A stretch of DNA of 63,976 bases, counting the filler, from Gonapodya sp. JEL0774 (lineage: Eukaryota): assembly GCA_027604505.1 (NCBI GenBank). It is 6 parts of 6 records of this genome, joined end to end, with 100 filler letters (N's around TTAATTAATTAA, not from the genome) between each part and the next. Parts side by side here need not be neighbours in the genome. Positions count along the whole stretch, not along the records: positions 1 to 10,941 come from JADIIX010000372.1; positions 11,042 to 21,946 come from JADIIX010000373.1; 4 more parts are not named here. One strand, given 5' to 3'. Position numbers and translations under genes: made by a program. Each line of letters opens with the position of its first letter. The stretch's first letter is position 1. The notes beneath the pieces are model-generated. The model did no database searches, had not been told where the DNA came from, and saw nothing but the letters and a program-made list of their open reading frames with translations. Below are positions 1-12,672 of the stretch, in pieces.

Positions 1-119
1 CTGTAGGCAAAACACTCCCCGACGTTTCGGCGAAACCTCAATCACGGCAAAGAACCCCTCCCCCTTCCCCCCTCAAAACTAAAAAAAAATAAAGCAACAA
101 GAAAGGAAAACCGACCCAC

Positions 120-901
120 CTTCGATGTTGAACCCGACTGTGGGTGGGACGGTCTGTTGTTCGAGTGTGTGGTGGGCGACGGGCGGGGGCACACGGGTTT
201 GGAGCACACGACACATCAAGTCCTGACCATCCACGCACACGCACACCCCACCCCACCCCCCGCCGACCCACCTCCATCGCCTCCCTCAGCGTCGAGAACC
301 CCCCTTGCACCGACCCGGTCCCGTTGCCCTTGACCACCGCCGGGGCCCCTCCCCCTCCCGGAGCGCCACCGCCACCGCCACCGTTGGCGCCGCCCTCCCA
401 CCTCCAGACGCCCATCGCGTCGATGCCCGACATGGACGCACTCCGGCGGCGGATCGAGGCCGAGGCGGAGGCGGAGGCGGTCGCGGTTGCCGGCGAGGCG
501 AGTGCGGACGTGGCCGTGGCCGTGTCCGTGGACGGACATACTGTGCGTCTGGGCCGCCTCGACTGTGGTTTGAGCGACAAGAACTGTTCCAGCGACAGGG
601 ACGCGACGGATACGTCGACACCGGTTTCGGAGACGGACCAGTCGTGGTAGATGACTTGGGGGTGGTGGGGGGTGGGGTGGGGAGTGGGTCGGTTCGGTGG
701 TTCGAAATTTGTCCACCCAGGCGGTGGGGACCGGGTACGGATGCCACCGCCGCGCCTACCCCCGGGCCCCCCCCCCCCCAACCCCCAACCCGGCCGCCCC
801 CGGTCACGGTCGTTCACGTACCAGGCACGTTATCCCTCGTGAGCTGCACATCCAGTTCTACGAATTCTGCGCCGAGGGAGGCGGCGGTGGAAAAGCTTGT
901 C
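120..901 (-). CDS. GDE1: Glycerophosphodiester phosphodiesterase (GDE1/GPCPD1-like GDPD domain), partial, spliced
   Basis: Exons ~901-822, 654-272 and 153-120, joined at GT-AG introns, read TSFSTAASLGAEFVELDVQLTRDNVP/VIYHDWSVSETGVDVSVASLSLEQFLSLKP...KGNGTGSVQGGFSTLREAME/TVPPTVGFNIE. This matches the GDE1-type GDPD motifs. A 3' splice site (ctacag) sits at the window edge. No N-terminal exons are recognisable, and the introns are full of poly-G/C runs. Confidence 0.8.
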
Positions 902-1549
902 TGGTGGGCGGTTTGGGGGGTCGGTGGGGGGGGGGGGAGGAAGAAGCGGAGTGTGTTAGTGCGTGGACGTGGACGTGCATTGGGCATGCTGCATGGTCGT
1001 CAAGACCGCCACCGTCACCGCGCCGTGCCGCTTCCCACCTGTCGTGCCCCGCCAACCCCCCCCGCCGCCGGGAAACGGCGCCCGCCCCCCCCCCCCCCCC
1101 CGGGGGCGGGGGGGCGGGGGGGGGGGGGTGGGGGGGCAAGTGGGACGTGGTGGAGAAGGAACAAATCTGAGGGATAGTAAAGACGTATACCCGCATTTCG
1201 CTGTTATTACATTGTATGTTGTCATTATAGTATGCCTTTCATGACACCTTGTGTTTCCATTCAAAGAGAAACCCTCGCACATGCTTGAGATAAAAGAATA
1301 GCAAGAGTGCGATTGGAAGAGTACGTACGTATTCATGTGTGATGCGAGTGAGATGTGTGCATAAGAAAAAAGAAACGTTCTCGACTGAAAGTGAATAGTG
1401 TGCATGGTTGTCCGTCTATGTGCGTTGCTCTGATATTGAACACAGGAGTAGACAGTGAGGGGGACCATTGGTTTTTCAAAAAGAATCCATGAGATTCAAC
1501 GAGAGGTTCCGAGAGCAGTGGGAGGTATCTGCCGAGGATCACCAATGCT

Positions 1550-2580
1550 TTACAGGGTTGTGGCCAGCGAAGATGATGATTGTGTTGCATTCAATTGTGT
1601 CGATGTGGGCACGGGCGTGAAGAAGTCATCCATCGTTCGAGTTTTCTGGAGACAGGGTGGGCAGGGGGAAAAAACTTTCGATGTTTATCCTTTTCTACCG
1701 TGTCGATTACTTGTCTGGTGGCTCACCTCATCCCGAACCAACTCGTACTCCTTTTCGCTCAATCTCTTCCCCTGCCTGACGCTGTCAAACACCCATTCAG
1801 GTTTGACCACGTGTATCCGACGGGATTTCGGGTGCGAAGCATTGTGGGTGAGCAGTTTGTGGGTTTTGGTGGCGGCGAGGGTAGTTGCGAGGATGTGAGT
1901 GGAGCTAGGTGAGGGAAACGGACTGTATCACGATGTTAAGGGCGGGATGGCAGGTGATGATTGGTAAACGAGCAAGAAGATCGGATCTTCGAAGTGTAGA
2001 ATCGATTTGGAACACTAAGATGCTCCAACTCACTACGACGCGCCGCCGTGTTGTGCGATTGTGCGACGGAGGGATAAGTTTGTCGTTTCCGATCCCATGT
2101 AGCCACACATGGAGATAGTCAATCCCGAGAAAATTGTTGATGTCGAGGACTTTGTGTGCTCAGCCGTCTAGAGCAGGGTGATACCGTTTACTCTGGAAAG
2201 CCAACTAAGAAAGAACGGCCGCGTTCCAGGCCAAGCCGACGTACTTGTTCCTTCGATTTACGTGTGCGTTCAGCCATGTACAGATTCCTGTTTTCGAGGG
2301 ACTCCAATTGCCTGCTCTTGATACCACCACCAGCGTTGCTCCCCTTCTTCGTCCTCCCTCCTCCCTCGGCGTATTTCGGTCTCCTGTGTACCTCCTGATG
2401 ACCATTTGCGATATTCTCGTAGGTTGTGGCACCGAATCCGAAGGGTCGTGGCAGAGGAGCGGTCAGTTTGGTGGAAATGGAAGTTGAGGGGGGGAGTTTT
2501 CGGCGTTTCGGGGGGGGTTCGGAGCCTGGCGGGGGTGATGGACGTTTTGTGCGGGTGAAAAAGGCGTCGATGGATTGCAT
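1550..2580 (-). CDS. Small BRCT-domain protein (Rev1-N-terminal-like BRCT), 4 exons
   Basis: Spliced product: MQSIDAFF...YMAERTRKSKEQ/...STIFSGLTISMCGYMGSETTNLSLRRTIAQHGGASY/PFPSPSSTHILAT...HVVKPEWVFDSVRQGKRLSEKEY.../KTRTMDDFF...TTL*. It has the BRCT hallmarks IFxG, HGG, THI and WxxDS. Confidence 0.75.
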
Positions 2581-2989
2581 CGGCTTTGGATCGTGGGCGC
2601 GCAAGTGGAGCGCGAGGGGACGCCAGTTCGTGATCCACCTACTTTCCAAGCGGAGCCCCGTGCACACTCGTAGTTACCAACTAACATGTTAAACATGAAA
2701 GAAGCATCTGCATTTTACTCAAACTTTGACTGCTTTTGAGACCTTTGGACCATCGCGCAAAATCCATCCACCTGAAGAGCAAACGATAAAATGGGGTGAG
2801 CCTATTGTCATGAGCTGAATTCATCATCGATTCCATATCCGGAAGAGGTGAGACACGGAGAAATTTTGTGTTTGAGCTCAACCGTTCAGCTCAACAAAGT
2901 ACATGTGGATGCTGTGGCCACTACTCCGCTCGCCCACATATAAAAACTGCCTGGGATGCGTGACCTTCAATCCCCGAATAACAGGCATC

Positions 2990-5900
2990 ATGTCTGGACT
3001 CTTTTTGTCCGAAACCGAACAACATCTGATCCCTCTGCAAAATGTCGCTGCCGACGTTTCCATCATCGACTGTATTGCGTCTGTCACTCTCTCCCAAACC
3101 TACTTGAATGAGGCCAACAAACCCGTTGAGGCCATTTACAAGTTCCCTATTTATGAAAGTGCAGCGGTCTATTCGTTTGAAGCCGTGGTTGATGGGTCAG
3201 TCATTCGAGGAGTGTGCAAAGAGCGTGAACAGGCAGCGAAAGAGTACAATGCAGCAATTGCGGCTGGAGACAGAGCGTTTTTGTTAGAGGAACAGAAAGC
3301 CGATAGTGAGTGCGCGTAACTGCATCTTCTTTTGCGTCCCAAATTCGTTGTATGGAGATGGTTCTGAGTGACTGATATCTTTAGTCTTTCAAATCTCTGT
3401 CGGCAATATTCCACCCGGCAAACCCGTTGCCATTCGCATATCCTACATACATGAATGCAAAACGGATGAAACCAATGACGAGCTCCGTTTCACTATTCCC
3501 ACCACCATCGCACCGAAAACATACGGCACTTTCACACCACCAAGCGGAACCAACTTACTCCCAGGTGGCACGACATACAGCGGCTCAGCAGACTACACTC
3601 TCTCTGTAGTCATTGACGCTCGCATGGCCGCCGGGCCGGTTCTTGAGCTGTCCTCTCCCACACATCAGATCAAGGTCTCACTCGACGCCGCGAATCCAAA
3701 GCACGCCAGGGCCACACTGGCCCTTGACACTGTATACCTTGATAAGGACTTTGTCTTGGTGCTGAAATCCACAGGTTTGGATAAGCCCAGGGCGGTGCTA
3801 GAAGAGGACACAAGAACCGGTACAAAATCATGTATGGTGACTTTTGTGCCAAAGTTCACTCTCAAGAGCGCACCTACAGAGATAATCTTTGTACTTGATC
3901 GGTGAGTGCTCGGATATCGCCTTTCTTTTCTGTTCTGACGGCATTTGTTCGGTATGTATTGTATTACCTTGGGCCCTCCTTTCTCAGTTCTGGCTCAATG
4001 GAAGGCGAAAATATTTCCTTCGCTCGGACGGCCCTCCTTCTTTTTCTCAAATCCCTACCTCAGTCTTGCAAGTTCAACATCATCGGATTCGGATCCGGCT
4101 ACGAGCTCTTGTTCCCCAACTCGGTGGACTACAACGAAGAGAGCTTGACCAAAGCGGTGCAACATGTGGAAAAAGTGGATGCGGACTTGGGAGGGACTGA
4201 GATTTTGCCTCCACTTCAGGCGGCGGTACGGGAACCGCTGAATAATGGTTGGCAAAGAAGTATCATAGTGAGTTGTGTTTGTCTCGTCATTGGCCAAACA
4301 TCGCTCTAGGATACTGTTATACATGTCAGAATGTTGCTCAAACGACGCTTTTGTATTTAGGCCCTTACTGACGGCGAAGTCTACCAGCCCGACAGCGTTT
4401 TTGCGTTCGCCGCGCAAATATCCTCATCGCAACCGACCCGTTTCTTCACCTTGGGAGTAGGGAGCTCCGTTTCGCACTTGCTGGTCAATGGGCTGGCGAG
4501 AGCGGGGTTGGGGTCGGCAGAATTCGTCGGAGCGGGAGAACGAATGGAGGCGAAAGTGGTCAAGTTGATCAAGGCAGGGACAAAGGGATTTGTGAGGGAC
4601 TACAAGGTCGGTGTAGCAAAATTCAGTGTATTTGTTGAGCCCCATCGTGGTGACTAAACATACACGTGTGCTGGTTGCCATCGCAGGTCACGTGGTTGCC
4701 TCCATCCGTCCTGGCGGCTGCCCAGCTACACTCTTCCACCGTACCCACCTCCGAAATTCAACCCCGCACAACTTCGACTTCCTTCTTCGATAATGATATC
4801 CCTTCCGACGCGCCGCCAGCACCAGACCCGGAAACCCCCGCACACGCGGTCCCACTCGTGCAACCCGCCCCGTTCCGTGCGCCCCCACTGTACGCGGGTA
4901 CGAGGTACATCGCCTTCGCTATCCTCGACGCCAAGCTACCCAACCCTACGTCCGTCACTGTATCTGGCGTCGGACCCGACGGGCCCATCGTGCTCGAAGT
5001 GCCCATCAGCGCGCTGGTCCGGGTCGGCGCAGGCGGGGATGGTGACAGCACGGCGCTGCCCACGATACACACCATGGCGGCGAAAAAGTTGGTACAGGAT
5101 ATGGTGGAGGGGACGAGCTGGATACATCTTGGTGCGATGGGAGATCGAGTAGAGGTGGATGAGGCGAGAGTGAGGGCGGAAGCGGTGAGAATTGGGACTA
5201 CGTGTGAGTTGGTGTCGAAAGTGTGAGGCGGTAGCAATTGCTGATCGCGGTGTTGTTTTGTTGGTTCGCAAACTTTGCAGATGGTTTAGCGTCCAAGTAT
5301 ACTTCTTACGTAGCAGTACAATTGCTACAGGGTGCAGAAAAGCTCGTGGGTACACCCGAACGTATCATTGTGCCGAGCAGAGCTCCTGAGGTTCGTGGAC
5401 AAATTTGAATCCATGCAACAGTAATGCGCGACCTAATACTGATTTCAAATATTATTTTTCCCCCCATATTGCACACGTCCTCCAGGCTCCATCCTACGGC
5501 GGATATGCCATGCCGACGGTCATGACAACCTCTGTTGCCTTCGACTCCATCACACTACCGATGATGCCGATGATGGCACAGGCAGCGCCCGTGTACACGC
5601 GCGCTATTAGGCGTGTAGCGCACAGTCAACTGGTAATGGAGAGTGAAGAGGATGAAGAGGATGAAGTGCTACCAACTACCTACTCTACAACGGAACAGGT
5701 GACTTCGTGGGACGGAATGCCACCCGAGATAGAAATGTCTTCTAGCAATTTCGAAGACGACGAAGACGAAGACGATGACATGGGATTCGGACTCTTTGAT
5801 GGTGGCCCCGTCATACTAGCGAAGCCAGTTGCTGATGCGGTACCCGTGGACTCCAACTCCTCCCCAGAGCAGAAACTTCTCCTCCTCGTTTCGTTGCAGA

Positions 5901-6157
5901 AGTTCGACGGGTCCTTTCCATTCGACTCCAAACTGTTTGCTCTTGACCCGAAAGTGTCGACTGGGCCACCCTCTGGCCGTACTCAGGAAGAGTGGGCAAC
6001 GGCGTTCGCACTGGCTATCATGCTCACCGTTCTGAAGGCGCTCAAGGACGAGTGGGAGCTGGTGGCAGATAAGGCGCAGGAGTGGTTGGATGCTAGAATT
6101 GGAGAGGTGGGCAGGAAGGTGTTGGTAGAGGCGGCAAAGATACAATTTGAGGCGTGA
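2990..6157 (+). CDS. VIT + von Willebrand A domain protein (VWA5A-like), copy 1, multi-exon
   Basis: VIT motif (LSQTYLNEANKPVEAIYKFPIYESAAVYSFEAVVDG). vWA MIDAS motif FVLDR/SGSM, split by an intron. Also FNIIGFGS, ADLGGTEI, LTDGEV and a C-terminal LVSLQKFDGSF...WELVADKA segment. Confidence 0.92.
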
Positions 6158-6693
6158 AACCACAAAGCTGATGTGATAATTCGAATTTGATTCAATTAGT
6201 GGTTATGATTTCATTAGGTTATTTCTTTACATAGTGGGCTCAAATGAGATTCGATTCCGCGGCGACTTGGGGAGAACGTCCACAGATGTGAGCAATAGAA
6301 TAGACTGTGAGACGTTAGAGCAACGCTGTGAGAGTTGGTTATCACAGTTGAAGTGAAATTCGTGGCTGGTGGGAGGTTGCCGGGGAACTGACGGACGCAG
6401 GTATATGTAGTACGGAATAAGCGGCTTTGGGGTCCGTGGTTGTATGATAAAGTCCTGATATCCGTCGTGACAGTTTCATTAATAATCAGGCATATGTCCC
6501 CTTTTCATTCCTGGCAACGGACCTTCACCCTGCGAATTGGTTCTGTCCCCCATTCATTGTCGGTGTCCTTCGCCAGTCCTTGATCGATCACACACAACTA
6601 TACCAAGCTTCGGTTCCCCACCAACCAAACCGACCGACGACCAAACCAATTAATTCCAAATTCCTTGCGCATCAGTTCTACTTCTACATATCC

Positions 6694-9600
6694 ATGGCTG
6701 CTTGTGGTCTTTACTTCATACAGCACGATTCTGCCCAGTCCGAGCAAGCAATTCCTCTCAAAAAGGTTGCAGCAGATGTGTCCATCATCGACTGTATTGC
6801 CTCAGTAACGCTCTCCCAAACTTATGTAAATGAGTCCCCGAAGCCTGTTGAGGCCATTTACAAGTTTCCTGTCTATGAGAGTGCAGCGGTCTACTCGTTT
6901 GAAGCCGTGGTTGACGGGGTCGTCATTCGAGGAGTGTGTAAAGAGCGTGAAGAAGCAGCAAAAGAGTACAATGCCGCAATCGCAGCTGGTAACAGAGCAT
7001 TTTTGCTGGAAGAGCAGAAAGCCGACAGTGGGTGAACTCCGGAAGTGTGAAAGACAGCACTCCATTTTATGTTCACATCTTCGAACCTCCAGTCTTCCAA
7101 ATCTCCGTCGGCAACATCCCCTCCGGAAAACCAGTCATAATTCTCATCTCCTACGTCCACGAATGCAAAACCGACGAAGCCAACGACGAGCTCCGATTCA
7201 CCATTCCCACCACCATTGCCTCCCAAACATATGGAACATTCAACCCACCACAAGGAACTAACTTGCTTGCAGGGGGCACCACATACAGTGACTCTGCGAA
7301 TTACACTCTTTCAGTGGCCATCGACGTCCGCACCCCCTCCGGGCCCGTCACGGAAGTCTCCTCTCCATCACACCCTATCAAAGTTTCGATCGACGCCACA
7401 AACCCTCATCACGCAATGGCCAAACTGGCGCTCGAGACTGTGTACCTTGATAAAGATTTCATCCTGGTAGTCAAATCCCCAGGCCTCGACAAGCCGCGTT
7501 TGGTTTTGGAAAGGGACCCAACCAAGGGCACAAAATGCTGCATGGTCACTTTCGTCCCAAAGTTCCGCATCAAGGAGGCCCCGACTGAAGTAATTTTTGT
7601 TCTCGATCGGTAATTACCCGTGTGTCCCGGCTGCAAGCCTCACTACGGTCCCATTGGTTGTCGTTCGGTCGTGTGTTCTTCCCAGGTCCGGCTCCATGGA
7701 CGGCGAAAACATCTCCTTCGCCCGCACAGGTCTCCTTCTCTTTCTGAAATCTCTCCCGCAAAACTGCAAGTTCAACATTGTCGGATTCGGCTCTGACCAC
7801 CAACTGCTCTTCCCGAAATCCGTGCCTTACGACGAGCGCAATCTCGCAACAGCAGTAGCGCATGTCGAAAAGGTTGAGGCAGATTTGGGCGGCACGGAGA
7901 TTCTCGCGCCCCTCCAAGCCATTGTTGCAGAGCCCGTTGAGAAGGACTGGCAAAGGACTATCATTGTGGGTTCTGGCGATCTATTTTTTGAATTTAGAAT
8001 CCTATAATTGAAAATCTACAATTGTAGGTCCTCACCGACGGCGAAGTCTACCAACCAGAATCCATCTTCGCCCTTGCGGCCGACATCTCCCGCACCCAAA
8101 ACACCCGTTTTTTCACCCTCGGCGTCGGCGACGCAGTGTCTCACTTGCTCATTAACGGACTCGCTCGCGCAGGTCTTGGATCAGCGGAATTTGTGGGTGC
8201 GGGAGAGAGGATGGAGGGGAAAGTCGTCAAACTCATCAAGGCGGGAGTCCGGGGGTTTGTCCGGGACTACAAGGTGGGTGGTGGATCATCATTAACGATT
8301 CTACTGCAAATTTTGATTAATTCAAGATTTTTTTACATCTCCTCTTTTGCAGGTGTCATGGCTTCCGGAATCCGCCATTGCAGAAGCCACCTCCATCGCC
8401 GATACCAACTCCAGCGCTCCACCATCCGAGCACAAACCAGATTCAACCTCCTTCTTTGACGACAAGGCTACTGACGACAAGCTTCCAGAACGCGTGGTGC
8501 CCCCAGCCAAGATCCCGAGCATCCAACCCGGCCCATTCCGCGCTCCTCCCCTCTACGCCGGTTCGAGGTACATTGCCTTTGCCATTCTGGACGGCAACCT
8601 TCCGGATCCCGCCACTGTCAAGATCTCCGGAGTGGGTCCTGACGGACCGATCCAGTTGGAGATTCCTGTAGGTGTGCAAACCGAGGTTGGCCCCGAAGTG
8701 AAGCCACTGGTGCACACAATGGCCGCGCGGAAGCTCGTTCAGGATATGATGGAGGGGACGAGCTGGATGCATGCAGAGGGTGTCTCGGTCGACGAAGCTA
8801 GGATAAGAACCGAAGTGGTGCGGATAGGCAAAACATGTAAGTCGAAAGTTTTGGGCGGGACTATCGCAGGGGGCGTGCGGGAATGATGAAACGTGCTCGG
8901 GGTGGTTTTAGACGGTATCGCATCAAAGTATACCTCTTACGTAGCAGTGCAGGTCCTTAACGGAGAGGAGAAAGCAGTGGGACTCCCCGAAAAAGTGATT
9001 GTTCCCAGCCGGGTAGGTGATCAGAGAGAGCTGATGCGCTTGTTCTTAGAGGGAACATCTATATTGCATTCTGACAAAACTTACTTTTCTATCCATTTGC
9101 TTCAGCCCGACGGACAATCAAGTGTAGATGCAAAGTCTTCGTTCATGCCTCCTCCCCCGTACAGCATGCGACTTTCCGCCGCCCCAATAGCCATGAACTT
9201 CGCAGCAGACCTCGAGGAATCCGAAGGTGCAGCACCCATGGAGATTATGGACCAAAGGGTTGCCTTATCAGCTCCCCCCCCAATGATTGCGCCCTCCAAG
9301 AAGAGGTCTTCGCCGGTACCGAGTGCGTCAGCAATGCTCTCGAGAGTGTCACAGGGAATGAAGTTGTCAAAGAGTTCTGAGAAGATGGAGGAAGCAGGAG
9401 TCGATGATGATGCAAAGGACGGTGCCAAAGGTTAGTTCGTTCCCACGCCCAGAAAGAAGGTCATTTTCGGGACCTCTCACACTCAGATTTGAATTTGGAC
9501 ACCCACCATGTTTTTGATTGTGCGCTTGCAACTGACACCGTATGTCAGGTGGTCCTCCAGCAGCGGGGGGCGGGGGGCTCTTTGGAATGTTCCGCAAGGC

Positions 9601-10045
9601 CAAGCCCATCTCGCCTATGCCACCTCCTCCACCGGCACCCGTTGCATCCGGGTCATCCATGGCGCCGGGAGCACCCATGGCATCGTACCAAGCTGCGCCC
9701 GCACCGGGCGGCCCATCAGCACAGGTCTCGTCGTCACCCCCTACAACTCCAGAACAGATCCTCCTCCACCTCATTTCCCTCCAAAAGTTCAACGGGTCGT
9801 TCCCCGCTGCACCCACACTCTTTTCACTCTCTCCCACCCTCACCGCGACCCCGCCGTCAGGCAGGACTCCCGATCAATGGGCCACTGCGTGCGCCATCGC
9901 GATCATGGAGGTTATCTTGGCAACGCTGAAGGAGGAGTGGGAATTAGTAGCGGAGAAGGCGCAGGGGTGGTTGGAAGGGTCGGTGGGCGACGGATGGACA
10001 GCGTTGGTAGAGGAGGCGAAGAAGCAGATCGGAAACAAGAAATGA
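6694..10045 (+). CDS. VIT + von Willebrand A domain protein (VWA5A-like), copy 2, multi-exon
   Basis: Tandem paralog of 2990-6157 with the same motifs and mostly the same intron positions. It has a different low-complexity linker before LISLQKFNGSF...WELVAEKAQGWL. Confidence 0.92.
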
Positions 10046-10941
10046 GACGCTACAGGTGTAGTGGTGAAGCATAGGAAGGAGAGTGCATGGAGCAGCTGGG
10101 AAGGAGAGTGTATGGAGCACCGTGTGGTGTAGTATGGGTTGATTGCAATCCACCCGCCCTGTCCTCTTTGGCAGCTTTCCGCGTTCAGCTATCTTTGCTG
10201 TGTGCTTTTAATTTGTATCTGCTGTCGTAATATCACAATCCCTTGTGACGAAACTGTTGTTATTGACGAGTGCAGGGGTGAAGTACTTTCTTCGGTTTCC
10301 TTTGTTGACATAGCCACAAACTCGTATCTATTTACAACTCACCTCCACAGTTTATGGTGTCCCGTCAGTTGTCCTACACTTCTTACATTCTCCCGACGAA
10401 GACAAGTATTGTGGTGTTCTGTTCAAGCCACCTTTGACAAAAGTCTCTGTGGCATTCGGACCAACCGTGAACCAATTCATGAGGAAAAAGCAAGCAGAAA
10501 GTATTTCCACTGTTACAGATTCATGGCAAGAACCTATGCGATTGCTTGTAGCGCTTGAATATGTAGTTGGAGAAACAATTGAAAAGGATGTCTGTTTCAG
10601 GAATCATTTAAAACAGACATGCTTTTTGATTGTTTCTCCAAGAAACCTTCGGAATCACATAATGGGCACTCAGTAAAGAATTGAAAACAACATGATGTCA
10701 GTGTTTGGTTTGGAATAAATTGTGATTGAAGAGGTCATATTTACCCTTTCAGGATTTTAGACCGTTTAGAATGATAATGGGACATTCGACTGTGGGCAAT
10801 AAATGAAGTTTTAGATGGATATCTATTTTGCCGTGTGCGCATGCTGCGATAAGAGATGTGGCATAGCGGCTGCGACCAGTGCGCAGTGCACGCCAGAAAT
10901 GACCCCTCAATATAAGGGAAGCACGACCTTCTAGTAGTGTC

Positions 10942-11041
10942 NNNNNNNNNNNNNNNNNNNNNNNNNNNNNNNNNNNNNNNNNNNNTTAATTAATTAANNN
11001 NNNNNNNNNNNNNNNNNNNNNNNNNNNNNNNNNNNNNNNNN
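10942..11041. other. Artificial scaffold spacer (N44-TTAATTAATTAA-N44)
   Basis: The identical 100-bp spacer with a six-frame stop linker recurs five times in the window. Confidence 0.97.
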
Positions 11042-12670
11042 GAATGTTAGCAAATCTAGTCTAGGGTTTCCCCATGAGTCATGTTCAACACATTGGGGAT
11101 AGACAGTTCTAAGGAATATATAAACATCCTCTCGCCACTTTGTCCAATAATTGTGGGGATACATAGGGAGAGGAATCTGTGCACCCTTGAAACTACGCTG
11201 GAACAGTGATGGGTACTTCATAATGAACAGCAGTGTGACACATGAAAATAATCCCCAGCTATGTCCATCTCCCCAGTTCCAAAACAGAGTCCAAACACAA
11301 TTTCTAGGTGAGGGTGCTATTGCCAACATGAGAATGTGTTTTAAAACATTGTGACATGCCTCCAAGCTCTCATCATAGTGGTGAGGATCATCACTCCTAT
11401 CCAGTGCATGTCCATCCTTGTACATCACAATAACATACCAGTGGAAGTGGTCCTCATTGACCATGAAAAAGTGATAGTCTTGGAGATCGATTTGTAGCGT
11501 CCTCACAAACTTGTTGCTCATCCACAAAATGAAGTCATCTGTCAAGTGGTTGGGGTTTTGAAACAGAAAGATGACTGGGGAGGAGAAATAGGAGATGGAT
11601 GGCTGCTTTTGTTGCCTGTCCCACAGTGCAATAGCAGGCAATAGAAACAGATCTGGAATGATATCACTCCAGTTCTGTGTTCCAGTGAGGTAAAATACCT
11701 CCTGAAAAGCAGTACCATCAGGAAACACAATTCTTAAGACAAAATAACGCATGAGTTCAAGACTGGTCTTCAAACATATGCATTAGTGTACCTTCTGAAT
11801 TCATCCTCAAAGGATGCCCTGTCTTGTGCTGAAACGTGGACAAGGGAAGTTGCCATGAGGGATTGGAAGTTGATGCCAGTGGCCATGGTGGTGCAATGGG
11901 GACAAATGGATACAGCTTAGATCCTTTTGAGGGCTTGGTTGGTGCCTTGGGGTCCAGGACAGCAGAATTTGTTGCTTTCAACAGTGTGGAGATTGCTGTG
12001 TCAGTATAGGAAGAGAGAATCTGGGATGTGCTCTTCAATGTCCTCTATGGGGAAGTTGAAATTTGTTCTATATATCACACAGGGATGCTTAGAAGGGAAT
12101 GAGAAACGTTTTGAAGTAAGATTGTACATACCTTGGTTCCCAAGTTGTTGCAGACAGTGGCCATCCGGTCCACTTGACCAGGTACAGTCTCAACTGGCCA
12201 GCATCTCCTCTAAATCCCAGAATTGCTTCGACTTCACCAGGCATTGCTAGTGTTGCCAGGGCAATGTCATCTGTGGACATTGTTGCTGGAATGGCCCTGA
12301 GGTTTTCCTGGTGGAACCACCTTGCTGCTTGTGAGCCAGGTACATCATCCAAGTTCAGGCCCTGGTGAATCCATTGCAACTGGTACAGGTATTTTTCATG
12401 GTTGACGTTGATGATTGTTGCCACGTGAGCCCAGACTGGTCCTGGCTGTGTACAGAGACCCTGAACTACCTTGTGAACAAACGCTTGGCCTCCCACACTG
12501 AGATGCTGAGGAAGTTGTGCCATTGATTCAATGATCTATAATAAAGTCAGTGTCACCCAGGTAGAAGGTTACAAACCAGGGACTCACCTTGCAGCTGGTT
12601 TTGCTCCTGCTGCAACCATGTTTTTGTGAGCAGTTGTTGGTGCTCTTCCCACCATAGAGTGCAACCTACA
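11042..12670 (-). pseudogene. Decayed chromodomain + Ulp1/C48-like cysteine protease gene (probably mobile-element derived)
   Basis: Chromodomain EVEAILGFRGDAGQLRLYLVKWTGWPLSATTWEPR (~12130-12240). Downstream is a Ulp1-like segment FMVNEDHFHWYVIVMYK...YDES...NWGDGHSWGLF, with Trp at the expected catalytic Cys position. In-frame stops lie between the domains and the DNA is strongly CpG-depleted. Confidence 0.6.
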
Positions 12671-12672
12671 AT

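Noticed and set aside
1200..1222. ~20-bp resemblance (reverse strand) to 12662-12682
   Set aside because: Short and mismatched, on different scaffolds; compatible with chance.
38..1468. Multiple long Gly/Pro/Arg-rich ORFs in all frames
   Set aside because: These are by-products of extreme GC content and poly-G/C introns. The real coding signal is the spliced GDPD on the minus strand.
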